Assembly: GCA_964016885.1 (NCBI GenBank)
Contig: OZ024751.1
Coordinates: 27,032,001-27,096,000 of the forward strand
From: Eledone cirrhosa
Lineage: Eukaryota
Direction of reading: 5' to 3'
Length of the DNA stretch: 64,000 bases
Shown here piece by piece: positions 1 to 13,879 of this stretch. A program made the translations under genes and the position numbers. Position 1 is the first letter of the stretch. Every line of letters begins with the position of its first letter. The notes beneath the pieces were generated by a model. The model searched no databases. It saw only the letters and a program-made list of their open reading frames with translations, and was not told the origin of the DNA.

Positions 1-433
1 CCAGCACTAGAAAAGTTTTTATGTCCTTAAGAGGATTAAAGAGGGTCCGCCTAACCCTTCAATTGGTCCCATTTTACAGAATATCCAATTGTTTGCTGTG
101 TTGTTACATGTAAAGAAGTTTTGCTAAAGATTGTTTAAAGATGAAAAAAATAAATAATGCCAAATCACCTGTAGTGTTGGGGTTCCAAATTCTTTAAGAT
201 TCCTTAGATGTAGATATGTTTGGAACATCATTAACTAATGGTATATATTGAACATTTAAAACAAACTGATCAACCATATGTTGTTGTGTGACAAGATGAG
301 ATAGAAAGTGAAGCTACTAGCTAGCACAGAATAAATATAAAGTTGCAATACTTCCTCCAACTTAATTATATATATTTATATAATTATATATATAATTATT
401 TATTGATATATATATATATAGAGAGAGAGAGAG

Positions 434-478
<45 letters not shown>

Positions 479-1825
479 TATGTGCATATATACATATATA
501 TAAATCTATTAATGTGTAGTTCCGTTTCAATAAAAGCCGAACACTTACTACCACATTACAATCATACAATACTGCCATCAACACTGGCAAATGTCCAAGA
601 TTTTAATGTCCATCAGTTCAGTTATTATTGCTATGACAACCAGACAATAGTGAAATGTAGGACACTGGCTTGCTAACAAAGCAAGGTTCAATCTTACTGC
701 TAAGAATTCCGGTTTATGTTTTTAAAGTTGTATCAATATCTATACCAAATCAATATTTGATGTAGTCTAACTTTAATATATTTTATTGTCTGATAGAAAG
801 ATATGAATATATAAAAGTTAGTGGGTGGTATTCAGATGTAGGATAATAGTTTTTAAATGGTTCCTGATCAATAACTAAGTCACAATAAGTAAATTGGGTC
901 GCATGCATGACAGTGTTGCTGCTAAAGAAGTTGGAAAAAAGGGGACAGATGAAGCAAAACAAGCTTGTGTCTATATTTTGGATTGCTATAATGATGATAA
1001 CAATCGCCAACATCTGGATTCTTTATTGTCTTTATTGTTGCTGTTATTCTGCGGGATGAGTGAATTGTTGCTGGTGTGGTGGCAGTAGCAGTGTAATGAT
1101 AAAAGGTCAGTAAACAAAGACTGTATTGACCCCCTAATTAACATGTAAACTGAAGATTGAACAATAAGCTGAGCTAGTAGCCATAAATCTGTCAACAATA
1201 ACAATAACAAACTTTTCTCAGAGCCTACAAATTCCACCAATCAAAAAGCAGATACATCTGCCACTAAACATTAATAAAAAATATGATATTCAGTATCCCA
1301 TATGTTTGCTAGATAGTAATATGTTATTTGTGGCATATCTGCATAGTTGCATAACTACACTTCATAATTGTATGAGCATCTGATGATGTCACATGGAAAC
1401 TGTTAATGATATAACCATTACATAACCATGTCATTGAAATATGTATAATGCAATAAAACAATTATGTAAAAGTAACTGTGTCGTAACAGCATTTCATAAA
1501 TGGAAACATCTAATGACCAACATTTAACTGGGGATACACTATTGAAGTGCTTTTGGATTGCTTAACCCTTTAGCATTTAAACTGGTCATATCCAGCCAGA
1601 ATTCTCTCACTTCTCTCTGTTCAAACCGGCTATATCTGGCTGCTCATACTTATGTTAAGGTATTGTTCTCAAGATAAATAATACCAAAATCTCGTAGATT
1701 TGATATTATGTGAGAGTGTTTACCATGAAAATAAAATAGTAAATATAAAGTAATATAAATGCTAAAGGGTTAAACTGGTTTATCCTCACAATGGATAAAC
1801 ACCTACATTATCAGAACTATATATA

Positions 1826-2049
1826 ATTGTTTCTACTTTTGGCACAAGGCCAGAAATTATCCCAGTGTATTACTGGTACTTTATTTTATCGACCCTGTAA
1901 AGATGAAAGGCAAAGTTAACCTCGGCGGGATTTGAACTCAGATCATAAAGGGAGGTAACTGATCTGAGTTCAAATCCCGCCAAGATTAACTTTGCCTTTC
2001 ATCCTTACAGGGTCGATAAAATAAAGTACCAGTAATACACTGGGATAAT
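1826..2049. mobile_element. SINE fragment folded back on itself
   Basis: Arms 1856-1945 and 1960-2049 are near reverse complements. Confidence 0.8.
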
Positions 2050-2934
2050 GTTAATGAATGAATAAGAAAGTAGTTAATTAATACATTGTTTTACAATCGC
2101 TTCAGAGAGCAAAATTATTGATGTGCAAACTAATCAATGGCAGCTATGCAAATATATGCAAATATATCCCATCAGCCATAAAAAAAGCACAGATAAGTAT
2201 ACTTATATCTTCATTAATATCAACAACGGATGTAGACATTTCTAAATATCTGCTGCTCTTTCACTGAACTTCCCCAACTTACTCAATAGGTCAATTACTG
2301 CAGTGACCCAGTAATTGACCTATTGAGACCACAGGGACCTCCAACTTCCTGTTTATCTCAGTAACAATGCAGTGACCCAGTAATTGAGCTATTGAAACCA
2401 CAGGGACCAACCTTCAGCCTACTATTCATCAACTGTGATATAAAATAATAAACAAAGTACGTCGGATAATGTTCTTAACCCAACACATACGGCCATAAGG
2501 AAGATGTATTTAACCTTTTCCTGACATTATTTCTAATGATATACTCTCTATTTCAATTAATCAATGAAGAATTTTTAGGGATTTACTAAAACTATTCACT
2601 ATTTCATTACTGTAAAAGTAACTTAACATATGGTTCTTATATAAAATTATATCAAAAGTTTGTAATCTATATAGGAACCCTTTAAAATGTGTCTTTGTTT
2701 CATGGAAGTAGAGCCAGTTCTAAGCAGGTTGACAACAAAAAGAGTTAAAGACAAATAACTTTAAATATGACCTTAAGACATAAGAATCAACGTTGCTAGA
2801 AACAGAAAAGATGTTATAGCTTGGTGTCAACAAAGAGCTCCAGATGAATTAACAATTTAATCAAATATCTGACTTCGCTGATCTAGTCCACCAATAGTAA
2901 TGTGTTACAACAAATGAGATAACACTACAATAGA

Positions 2935-3310
2935 TGGGTTAATGCAGAACAACAGATGTGTTAACACATTACAATATATCTGTTAACACTACAACAGGTG
3001 TGTCAACACTATAACAGTTAATGTAGAACAACAGATGTGTTCACACAGTACAATATATCTGTTAACACTACAACAGATGTGTCAACACTATAACAGTTAA
3101 CACAGAACAATAGATGTGTTAACACAGTACAATAGATGTGTTAACACTACAACAGATGTGTCAACACTATAACAGTTAATGCAGAACAATAGATGTGTTA
3201 ACACAGTACAATAGAGGTGTTAACACTACAACAGATGTGTCAACACTATAACAGTTAACACAGAACAATAGATGTGTTAACACAGTACAATAGATGTGTT
3301 AACACAGTCA
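2935..3310. repeat. Minisatellite, about 20-bp units
   Basis: ttaacactacaacagatgtg variants. Confidence 0.85.
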
Positions 3311-3364
3311 AACAAATATTTATAATATGATACAACAGACGTGTAAATATGTACATAACTAGCA

Positions 3365-4470
3365 GTCAATTGTCACCTACTCTAACAACTCTGCCAATTG
3401 TCACCTACTCTAACAACTTTGCCAATTGTCACATATTCTAACAACTCTGCCAATTGTCACCTATTTTAACAACTCTGTCAATTGTCACCTACTCTAACAA
3501 CTCTGCCAATTGTCACCTACTCTAACAACTCTGCCAATTGTCACCTACTCTAACAACTCAGTCAATTGTCACCTACTCTAACAACTCTGCCAATTGTCAC
3601 CTATTCTAACAACTCTGCCAATTGTCACCTACTCTAACAACTCTGTCAATTGTCACCTACTCTAACAACTCTGCCAATTGTCACCTATTCTAACAACTCT
3701 GCCAATTGTCACCTACTCTAACAACTCAGTCAATTGTCACCCACTCTAACAACTCTGCCAATTGTCACCTATTCTAACAACTCAGCCAATTGTCACCTAT
3801 TCTAACAACTCTGCCAATTGTCACCTACTCTAACAACTCTGCCAATTGTCACCTATTCTAACAACTCTGCCAATTGTCACATATTCTAACAACTCTGCCA
3901 ATTGTCACCTACTCTAACAACTCTGCCAATTGTCACCTATTCTAACAACTCTGCCAATTGTCACATATTCTAACAACTCTGCCAATTGTCACCTACTCTA
4001 ACAACTCTGCCAATTGTCACCTATTCTAACAACTCTGCCAATTGTCACCTACTCTAACAACTCTGCCAATTGTCACCTATTCTAACAACTCTGCCAATTG
4101 TCACCTACTCTAACAACTCTGCCAATTGTCACCTATTCTAACAACTCTGCCAATTGTCACATATTCTAACAACTCTGCCAATTGTCACCTATTCTAACAA
4201 CTCTGCCAATTGTCACCTACTCTAACAACTCTGCCAATTGTCACCTATTCTAACAACTCTGCCAATTGTCACATATTCTAACAACTCTGCCAATTGTCAC
4301 CTACTCTAACAACTCTGCCAATTGTCACCTATTCTAACAACTCTGCCAATTGTCACATATTCTAACAACTCTGCCAATTGTCACCTACTCTAACAACTCT
4401 GCCAATTGTCACCTACTCTAACAACTCTGCCAATTGTCACCTACTCTAACAACTCAGTCAATTGTCACTT
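3365..4470. repeat. 28-bp minisatellite
   Basis: caattgtcacctactctaacaactctgc, about 39 copies. Confidence 0.95.
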
Positions 4471-4639
4471 GATGTATATAGGATACAATTATAAAAGACA
4501 TTCATGCTCCTGGTAGAGAGAGCTGAATACCTAAGGTTTATTGAGGAACCCCACAATTACGCTGACCAACAAGGGCAAGTGCTCTCTGCCAACTGTCATT
4601 GTCCAGCTTACAGATACAAGCTTAAGAATAATAACTGAC

Positions 4640-4991
4640 CTTTTGAAGGAATTGATGACCCCGGTTTCTGTTTCTGACCTACATTGGGGTTACCACTACG
4701 GCCATTTGACTGACCAGATGTTGATGTGTCCAAACTTGTCAAAGGGGTCACTTGAGAGTAAATACTCTCACGAGTACTCTCATCTGCTCTGAGAGCAGGT
4801 TCGAGGTTGCTGGTTGGCTTTCCAGTTTTCAGTGTTGGTGCCTTGCGACTTGGAGCTGGTGGTGTGTTAAACAACAGGCCCTTCTTAGGGGTAATGGCCC
4901 TTGGTGCTGTTACTGGTTCTTCATCTGCTGGGATGGCTGGAAGCTTCCTTCGTACTTTCTTGTTGCCATCTTTGGACTTCTGAGTCTCAGG
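4640..4991 (-). CDS. 352-nt exon of the same gene (PETQKSK...RRKLPAIP...PSK)
   Basis: poly-T gtcag|CCT acceptor (phase 0, matches upstream donor); AAG|gtcagt donor (phase 1). The gene probably continues below coordinate 1. Confidence 0.85.
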
Positions 4992-5184
4992 CTGACAAAA
5001 AAAAATATAGGAAAACATTTTCAACATTAACCCTTTTATTACCATATTTCTAATAAAAGACACTTTTAAATAATCCTGAAAATCATCAAGAATTTGTAAG
5101 GATTTAGAAATACAATTAACTTTCTCATTATTAAGTTGGTATTTAGAGCTTATTACTAGATTTCAGGTTGACTACATTAACAAC

Positions 5185-6270
5185 TAGCATGGGCCTGTTA
5201 CTATCCATCGTTGGGCCTATTACTGGCCATCTATCAGCCTATTACTAGCCATCCATCAGCCTATTACTAGCCATCCATGGGCCTATTACTAGCCATCCAT
5301 CAGCCTATTACTAACCATCCATCAACCTATTACTAGCCATCCATGGACCTATTACTAGCCACCCATCAGCCTATTACTAGCCATCCATGGGCCTATTACT
5401 GGCCATCCATGGGCTTATTACTAGCCATGCACCAGCCTATTACTGGCCATGCATCAGCCTATTACTAGCAATGCATCAGCCTATTACTAGCAATGCATCA
5501 GCCTATTACTAGCCATGCATCAGCCTATTACTGGCCATGCATCAGCCTATTGCTAGCCCTCCATGGACCTATTACTAGCCATGCACCAGCCTATTACAAG
5601 CCATGCATCAGCCTATTACTGGCCATGCATCAGCCTATTACTGGCAATGCATCAGCCTATTACTGGCAATGCATCAGCCTATTACTAGCCATCCATGGAC
5701 CTATTACTAGCCATGCACCAGCCTATTACTAGCAATGCATCAGCCTATTACTAGCCATCCATCAGCCTATTACTGGCCATGCATCAACCTATTACTAGCA
5801 ATGCATCAGCCTATTACTAGCCATGCAACAGCCTATTACTAGCAATGCATCAGCCTATTACTAGCCATGCATAAACCTATTACTGGCCATGAATAAGCCT
5901 ATTACTGGCCATGCATAAGCCTATTACTAGCCATCCATCAGCCTATTACTAGCTATCCATCAGCCTACTACTAGCCATGCATCAGCCTATTACAGGCCAT
6001 CCATGGGCCTATTACTAGCCACCATCCATCAGCCTATTACTAGCCATCCATCAGCCTATTACTAGCCATCCATTAGCCTATTACTAGGCATCCATCAGCT
6101 TATTACTAGGCATCCATCATCCTATAACTAGCCATCCATTAGCCTATTACTAGGCATCCCTCAGCTTATTACTAGCCATTCATCAGCCTGTTACTAGGCA
6201 TCCATGGGCCTATTACTAGCCATCTATCAGCCTATTACTGGCCATGCATTAGCCTATTACTAGCCATCCA
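5185..6270. repeat. 22-bp minisatellite
   Basis: ccatgcatcagcctattactag variants. Confidence 0.95.
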
Positions 6271-6513
6271 CGGGTCTGGATATTGTAAAGTAAGTCATAC
6301 AGCTATATCTCCCTCTATTTTTTACACTCATTCTAAGTTTCATTCTGTCTTTCTTTTTTCTGTACATACACACACACACATAACCCTCTTTCTATATATA
6401 TATATATAGTTTTTTATTCTGCAGATAACCCCCCCACCCCACCCCCCGCTCTGTCTCCACCTTTATTGACTTTTAAAAGATTTTCAAGAACGAATGTCAT
6501 AAAGCCAACTTAC

Positions 6514-9488
6514 CACATTTGTTGTTGTTGTTCGTGGAGCAGAGACAGGTCGGAGTTTCCTAGGATCAGTACCTGACTGGGAACTTATAGGTTTCACAGT
6601 CCTTGTTGTTGAACTGCTCCCTTTAGGAGATGATGGGGACAGCGCTTTTGGTGGAGATGTATCAGAATCTGGGGGCGTCCCTGGAGAAGGGTAAGCATCA
6701 AGTTCATGGTCAGGAGAGGAAGAGGGGGACACAGATGTACTGTCTGAGTATTCCCGTTTCAGAACAGATACAGAAGGCTCTGGGGGTGTTACAGGAGAGT
6801 CCAATACTTTTAACTGGGCGGGGGGGTAAGACTGCTCCCCATGCTTCTGTTGGGACCTTAATTTCGGTTTTATATCCTTAGCTTTCTTTTTTTCAGGCTC
6901 TGCTTTTATAGGATGGGCTTTTGCTGGTTTAGGTTCCACAGCAGGGCTTGGTGGTTTGATTTCAGTAGTAGCAGCAGTAGTAGCAGTAGTAGAAGTGGTA
7001 GTTGTAGTAGTAGTTGTAATAGTGGTAGTAGTAGTGCTAGCAGTTGCTGCAGTAGTTACTGCAGCAGTAGCAGTAGCAACAGCAGCAGGTGCTGGCTTGG
7101 GCTTAACTTCGGGGGGTACCTGAGCAGCCGTTTTAACTTCGAATGCTTCAGTTAACAATTTGACAGACTTGCTACCAGCTGGCGGAGGGGGTAGAGGTCT
7201 TGTCGGCTGCCCTGGTACGACGTTTACAGGGGCAGTCCGTGTGGTGGAGGTCATTGAGGATGCACAAGTTGATGGCGTGCGGGCTGGTTTGGGAGGTTTC
7301 GGTGGCTTTTGGGTGGCCAAAATTTCAGGTGTTGGTTCAGGTAACTTCCGTCGAACACGTGGTGGTGGTTCTGGTTTGTTATCTTGTGGTGTTGGTACTG
7401 AAGGTTTTGCAGGAGGTTTCACCTCAGATGCTTTACCTGCGGACATGTTTTTGGCTGCAGCTGTTGGTTTGGGGGCAATAGCTGGTTTCATTGGTTTTGT
7501 GGTAGCTGACCGATCACCTTGTTCTGCACGAGACACATTGCAACTAGAAGAAGCAGCACTTGTGACAATTGTAGCAGACATGGCTAAGGATGTTGCAGTA
7601 ACAACTGATGTGGATGTCTGCAGAGTTGGTAATGCCTTTGATGTGACATTAGACTGAGCCAAGTTCCAAGCAGTCATTAATTCAGATTCCTCGCCACCAG
7701 AATCCATAAGCTCTGACAAAGATGATGTTGATATGGTTGGGCGCATCCCTCTCGATGGTAATGGATGGATAATCCGATCATTTTCCTCCTCTGTTACGGA
7801 GACTGTTGTCATAGTAACAGGGGATGTTGTTACTGCCGTTGAGACTGGTGCCAATGTCGCAGATGGTGGCCTTGCAATGGGAAGGTTTGTGACGACGTCA
7901 CTGCTTCCTGATCTAGGGTTTGTTGCTGAACTTGTTGTTGTTATGATATTTTCCTTATCACCATTCGATCTCAAGATTGGATAAGTCAATATATCGATAT
8001 TGCGATTGATTTTCTGGAAATCACTCAGCATGTCACTTATTCGTTCGATCTTCTTCTCGTCTGGTATCTTGCCTTCGCAGATTTTGCTGATATCTTCAAA
8101 ATTCATGTACCTCTTAAGGCAAGGAATTTCATAGTTGTCTAGGTTCTTCTTTTCCGGACTGGAATTTTCACCGTCTTCTTCTTCTGACTCAGAAGCGGCG
8201 TCTGATTCTCTTTTGCGAAGAACTTCCCGCTGCTGTGCCAACATTTCTTGTTGTTCTGCCTCTTCGACTGATGGTGAAACATCAATAATTGGTGACAAAT
8301 CAATGACTGGTGACCAATCAGATGACGGTGGCCTCTGTTTTTGTCTTTTCGTACCTTGGTAGTCGATAGATTTTGTTGAAGGATCTGCTAGTTCTACATC
8401 ACCTTCTTCTGATTGAGAGCCATCATAGTAGTTAGGGGATATAGGGGATGCACTGTCGGTACTGGTGATCGACTCTGGGGATATACTGTCAGGTCCTTCT
8501 ATAGTAGAAGTTGGAAGGTTAGTAGGAGATGCACTGAGGGACGTTAGGCTAGCTGTGTTGCTGGCAATAGTAGCAGCATATGTTGCTAAATCAATAACTT
8601 CTGTGTCCATACCTAAGGTAAATGTCTTCTGATCTTTCGTATTGTTGTCGCCACGATGATGTGGTACTGACAACGCTGACAATGACGATGTCGACTTCCT
8701 CGAACTATCAGAGCTGGAACCGTCTTTCTGTGTGTTCTGACCACACACCGCACCAAATGCTTTCTTCAGTTCTTCAGGAGTAAGTGGAGATCGTGAAGGT
8801 GAGATCTCACTTTGGTGGCTGCTGTCATATAAATCTTCAGTTGACAGGTGTCGTTTTGTTGGAGATGTGTCGACATAGGAAAATTGGAATTTCTTGTCTT
8901 TTGGTGATAAAGGGGATATATGTCCGCGTTTCTTTCCCGGATATGAATCCCTTCTACGTGGAGAAAATGGGGGACTGTCAAGACCTTCTCGCCAGCTTGG
9001 ACTTCTGGGTGGACTTGGACTTCGGACAGCTTTGCCATCACTCAAAAAGTCCATAGATTGTTGATGTTGCTGTTCTTGCATCAGTTGACCTTTCACATCC
9101 ATTCCCCCCCTCGTCTCTTTCAAGCCACCATCAGAATCACTTTTACTGCCAAGGTTGTTCTTTTCAGAAGATTTTTCACTGGCAGCAATATGTTTAAGGT
9201 GTTCTAACTGAGCTAGTTTATAGCTCTTCTCATCCAGCTCATCGTCAGAAGATGTCACGCTAAGGGAACGGCTAATATTGAGAAATCGTGGTCGGTGTTT
9301 TCTACGGAGAGGTTTGCCACCAATAATTCCTTCCCTATCATAGTCCTCATCCTCTTCATCTTCACCGCTACTTCCATCTGGACTGGTCACTTCTGAGTGA
9401 TATTTACTCATTGTCATTTCTTCCCAGTCGACTTCAGATACCGGATCGGAACATTCTGAGTCACTTCGGGACCTCGTAGCTGTGGCAC
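6514..9488 (-). CDS. 2975-nt exon of the Piccolo/Bassoon/RIM-like scaffold (disordered Ser/Thr/Pro-rich region)
   Basis: Lies within the 1025-aa ORF; ccacttttcag|GT GCC acceptor (phase 1) and GTG|gtaagt donor (phase 0). Contains DLSPIIDVSPSVEEAEQQEM (cf. Piccolo/Bassoon LSPIEDASPTEE), RRKLPEP and RPLPPPP. Confidence 0.9.
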
Positions 9489-9529
9489 CTGAAAAGTGGA
9501 ACATTGGTTCAAGAATGAGATTGTTACTT

Positions 9530-10530
9530 CTAACATACAGTAAACATCTCACACTGAACATACAGTAAACATTTCACATTGAACATACATTAAACATTTC
9601 ACACTCAACAAACAGTAAACATTTCACTCTCGACATACAGTAAACATTTCACACTCAACAAACAGTAAACATTTCATACTCAACATACAGTAAACATTTC
9701 ACTCTCAACATACAGTAAACATTTCACACTCAACAAACAGTAAACATTTCACTCTCAACATACAGTAAACATCTCACACTCAACAAACAGTAAACATTTC
9801 ACACTCAATAAACAGTAAACATTTCACACTCAACAAACAGTAAACATTTCATACTCAACATACAGTAAACATTTCATACTCAACATACAGCAAACATTTT
9901 ACAGTCAACATAAACCATATAGTAAACATTTCAAAGTGGACATACAATAAACATCCCACAGTGAACATACAGTAAATATTTCATACTGAACATAAACGAT
10001 ATAGTAAACATTTTACATTGAACCTAAACCATATAAAAACATTTGACAGTGGACATAAATCATAGAGTAAATATTTCACAGTCACCCTGTCCACAGTAAC
10101 TATTTTGCAGTCACCCTGTCCAGACAGTAAATATTTCACAGTTACCCTGTCCACACATTAAATATTTCACAGTCAGCCTGTCCACACAGTAAATATTTCA
10201 CAGTCACCCTGTCCACACAGTCAATATTTCACTGTTAACATAACTAATATTTTAATCAACAGGAATGCTCAGTAAAACAACCACTCTGGAAACTTTTCAT
10301 AATCAACATTATCACACCGTAAACATTTCAGTCAACATAACCACACAATAAACACTTTAGTCAACATAACTACGCAGTAAACATTTCAGTCAACATAACT
10401 ACACAGTAAACATTCCAGTCAACATAACTACACAGTAAACATTTCAGACAAAATTATCACACAGTAAACATTTCAGTCAACATTATCACACTGTAAGCAT
10501 TTCAATCAACATTATCACACTGTAAACAGA
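9530..10530. repeat. 25-bp minisatellite grading into longer variant units
   Basis: aacatacagtaaacatttcacactc. Confidence 0.9.
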
Positions 10531-11230
10531 TATGTTTGTCTCAAGAGAGTGTAAAACAGTAAAAACTACAACAATTATATTTGAAAAGTAATATAATCTA
10601 GAATTAAACTATGTTTATAAAAATATAATTAAGTGGGGATAAAATTCTAATCACGCGATCATCCCCAACCAATCAAAGTGTACTTTAAACAAATAGTAAT
10701 CTGAGCCACATTTTTGGCATAAAACAAAGAATTTCTCAACTCCAGTCAGATGCAAGACACCGCATAGCTGCACATCTCTTCAGCTCACATGTTTGAAAAT
10801 CATGAAACTGTGAAACCAGTAAAACTATTGTAAATAAATCTTCTTAAAGACTCCAATTGTATTTTCAACTTCTTTTTCCTATATAGTTCTGTTTTTGCAA
10901 CTTTGTGGAAAGAGGCGAATAAGATGAACAGCAGACATTTGACTGGGACCTGAAACCCGTCAACAAAAGTTGGAACTATATATTGATAGATGTAACTGAC
11001 CATGGTCATTGGAGCACTTTGACTGCCTCATGTGTCTCAAGACGTGGGTTGTATTGGTAAATACAACTAACCGTGGTCATTGGAGCATGTTGGCTGCCTC
11101 ATGTGTCTCAAGATACGGGATATATTGATAGATGTAACTGACCGTGGTCATTGGAGCACTTTGGCTACCTCATGTCTCAAGATGCATGAGCTTCTGAATC
11201 TAATTCCTATAGTTTTACTCATGTGGAATG

Positions 11231-12044
11231 TATGAGGTGTTTCAGAAAAGATAAGGACTGGGGTTGCAAAAAGATATTTCAAATCTAAACTATAAACTAC
11301 AAGATTTCTCCTTTGAAATAATCTGCCTCAACTTTCCCATCCATCACTGCCATGCCTCCATGCACTCCTGGAAGGATTCTCTACAGCTCCATCATCACAG
11401 ACTGCTTGATGGCTTCCATATCTAGAAAACAGGTCATACTCGAAGATCAATGACTGATCATTAGTGATCATTCTCCCCATCAAGTCTGTTTTGGTTTCAA
11501 GAAACTCAAGGATGTCCTCACACACCGCCATACACTGCTCCATCATCATACAGCAGTTTCAGCACCATCTTCATACAGATGATCTGCATGCTCAAATCTT
11601 CAGTGATAATCTTCTAAATGCTGTTGCAGTTCATGCTCAGCTCACTTGCGATCAGCCAAACAGCCAGCTGATGATCACCATGCACCACCTACCTCACGTG
11701 CCAAACATTGGCCTCAGGCTTTCTCATTGAAGGCCTTCTGCTCTTGAGGTCATCTTTGAACCTTTTGTAACACTTGAAAACCTGTGAGGGCAACATTGTC
11801 TCATCTCCATACACTTCCGAGTGATTCTGACAGAGTTTTTCCCAGCCAGAGACTTCAGGTTAGTTCGTTGCTCTGTGGTCATCACTCGACAGCCTAAAGT
11901 TGAGGAGTTGTTAACAAAAGCTCAGGAAAAAAACATACAATGGCTGCAGAGAGCTGAGATTGCAGTTAAATACTCCCTGGAGTATGGTGACACAGCCCAC
12001 TAAGCCCTACTTCACTCATAGCTCACACAACATACTAAGTCCTG

Positions 12045-12045
<1 letters not shown>
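11231..12045 (-). mobile_element. Decayed mariner DNA transposon
   Basis: Minus-strand VCEDILEFLETKTDLMGRMITNDQSLIFEYD resembles the mariner ITGDESW.YxYD first catalytic Asp region; TIR-like tatgaggtgtttcagaaaag at the left end; frameshifted. Confidence 0.7.
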
Positions 12046-12080
<35 letters not shown>

Positions 12081-12382
12081 TCTCTGTTTTCTTTAAACAT
12101 AATATTTAAATTATATGGCTCAAGATATTTTTTTATTTAAAATCAACAACGATAACAGCAGTAACAACATACAAACAATAGCAGCAGCAGCAACTACAAC
12201 AATGACGACAACAATAACAACAACAACAGCAACAACAACCACAACAACAATGACAACAGCAATAACAGTAACAAGAGCAGCAACAACAACGATGACAACA
12301 GCAACATGTATTTGGTACAAAATAGAAAATTTTAAGCAGATAGAATAAACAAAACAAAACTAGAGGAAATCTCTCATGTAGC

Positions 12383-12440
<58 letters not shown>

Positions 12441-12794
12441 AAGGAGGTGTGTAATTAGGTAGCAACATATATCAGTGTGTGCAACGCATTCAAATAGCAT
12501 CATCATCATCATCAACAACATCAACATCATCAACATCATCATCATCATCATCACCATGAACAACATCATCAACATCAACAACAACAACAACAACGATCAA
12601 TTTAAAAATGAAAAAGGAAGCAATATTCACCACAAGATCCAACCATTGATAGCAGTACACCTGTTGATATGGAGGTAAAGGGAGAGAGAGAGAGAGAGAA
12701 AGTGATACATCAGTCAGTGATGTGGTGACAAGCATTCACATGCAGGCAATCAGAAAAACAGTGATAAGAGAAAGAAAAAATATTTAAGATTTTA

Positions 12795-12818
12795 TGTGTA
12801 TATATATATATGTATATG

Positions 12819-12866
<48 letters not shown>

Positions 12867-12895
12867 AGTATATATATATATATATATATACATAC

Positions 12896-12942
<47 letters not shown>

Positions 12943-12969
12943 CATATGTATATATATATACATACATAC

Positions 12970-13016
<47 letters not shown>

Positions 13017-13047
13017 CATACATATGTATATATATATACATACATAC

Positions 13048-13110
<63 letters not shown>

Positions 13111-13165
13111 TATATACATATGTATATGTATATATACATACACATATATATATATATATACATAC

Positions 13166-13222
<57 letters not shown>

Positions 13223-13235
13223 ATATACACACATG

Positions 13236-13315
<80 letters not shown>

Positions 13316-13408
13316 CATATATATATATATGTAAGTATATATATATATATGTGTATATATATATATATATATATACGTGTATATATATATATGTATATAC
13401 ATACATAC
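12795..13408. repeat. (TA)n/(TACA)n microsatellite
   Basis: Direct reading. Confidence 0.95.
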
Positions 13409-13879
13409 TTTGACAATTAGACAGTTGAGTGAAGGTACATTTAATGCTGAGAACATAAACATCCAAAACACAAGATCAGTGATCAAATATGCAGTGAAAT
13501 ATATATTATTTCCCCACCACTAAATCAGACAATATGGGAGATAACTTCAGATGTTCCTCTCTATTTAGAGCTCTTCAGTGAATTGTAGCTTCTCCATAGG
13601 TTGATGTAGAAGCAGTAATTGGATTAAGTAAACATTCGAGAAATGAATTTGTTGGTGTAGAACAGAAAATTGATATATATATAGTTTACATAAAAACAAG
13701 AGTGTTTACATGACATGGTACTTGTTGTGGTTGGTGTTATGGTTGTTGTGAGGTGGTGTAGCAGTCAGTTGTCAGCTGGTCCATGCAAGGCTGGTAATAA
13801 ACCTCATCCATGTGTGAAATTTAGGTTTCCAATGCTGGTAATAGTCTTTGGATTAAATGTGAAGGCCAGGCTCACATCC

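Noticed and set aside
1377-1410. CTGATGA...GAAA hammerhead-like match
   Set aside because: Stems II and III do not pair convincingly; probably chance.
3365-4470. CRISPR-like 28-bp repeats (also the 39, 41 and 55-bp arrays)
   Set aside because: Head-to-tail units without unique spacers; eukaryotic context; no cas genes.
6630-9056. Plus-strand ORFs overlapping the giant exon
   Set aside because: Antisense shadows of GC-rich, low-complexity coding sequence.
12710-13486. Long YI/IY ORFs here and at 42-49 kb
   Set aside because: Translations of (TA)n microsatellite.
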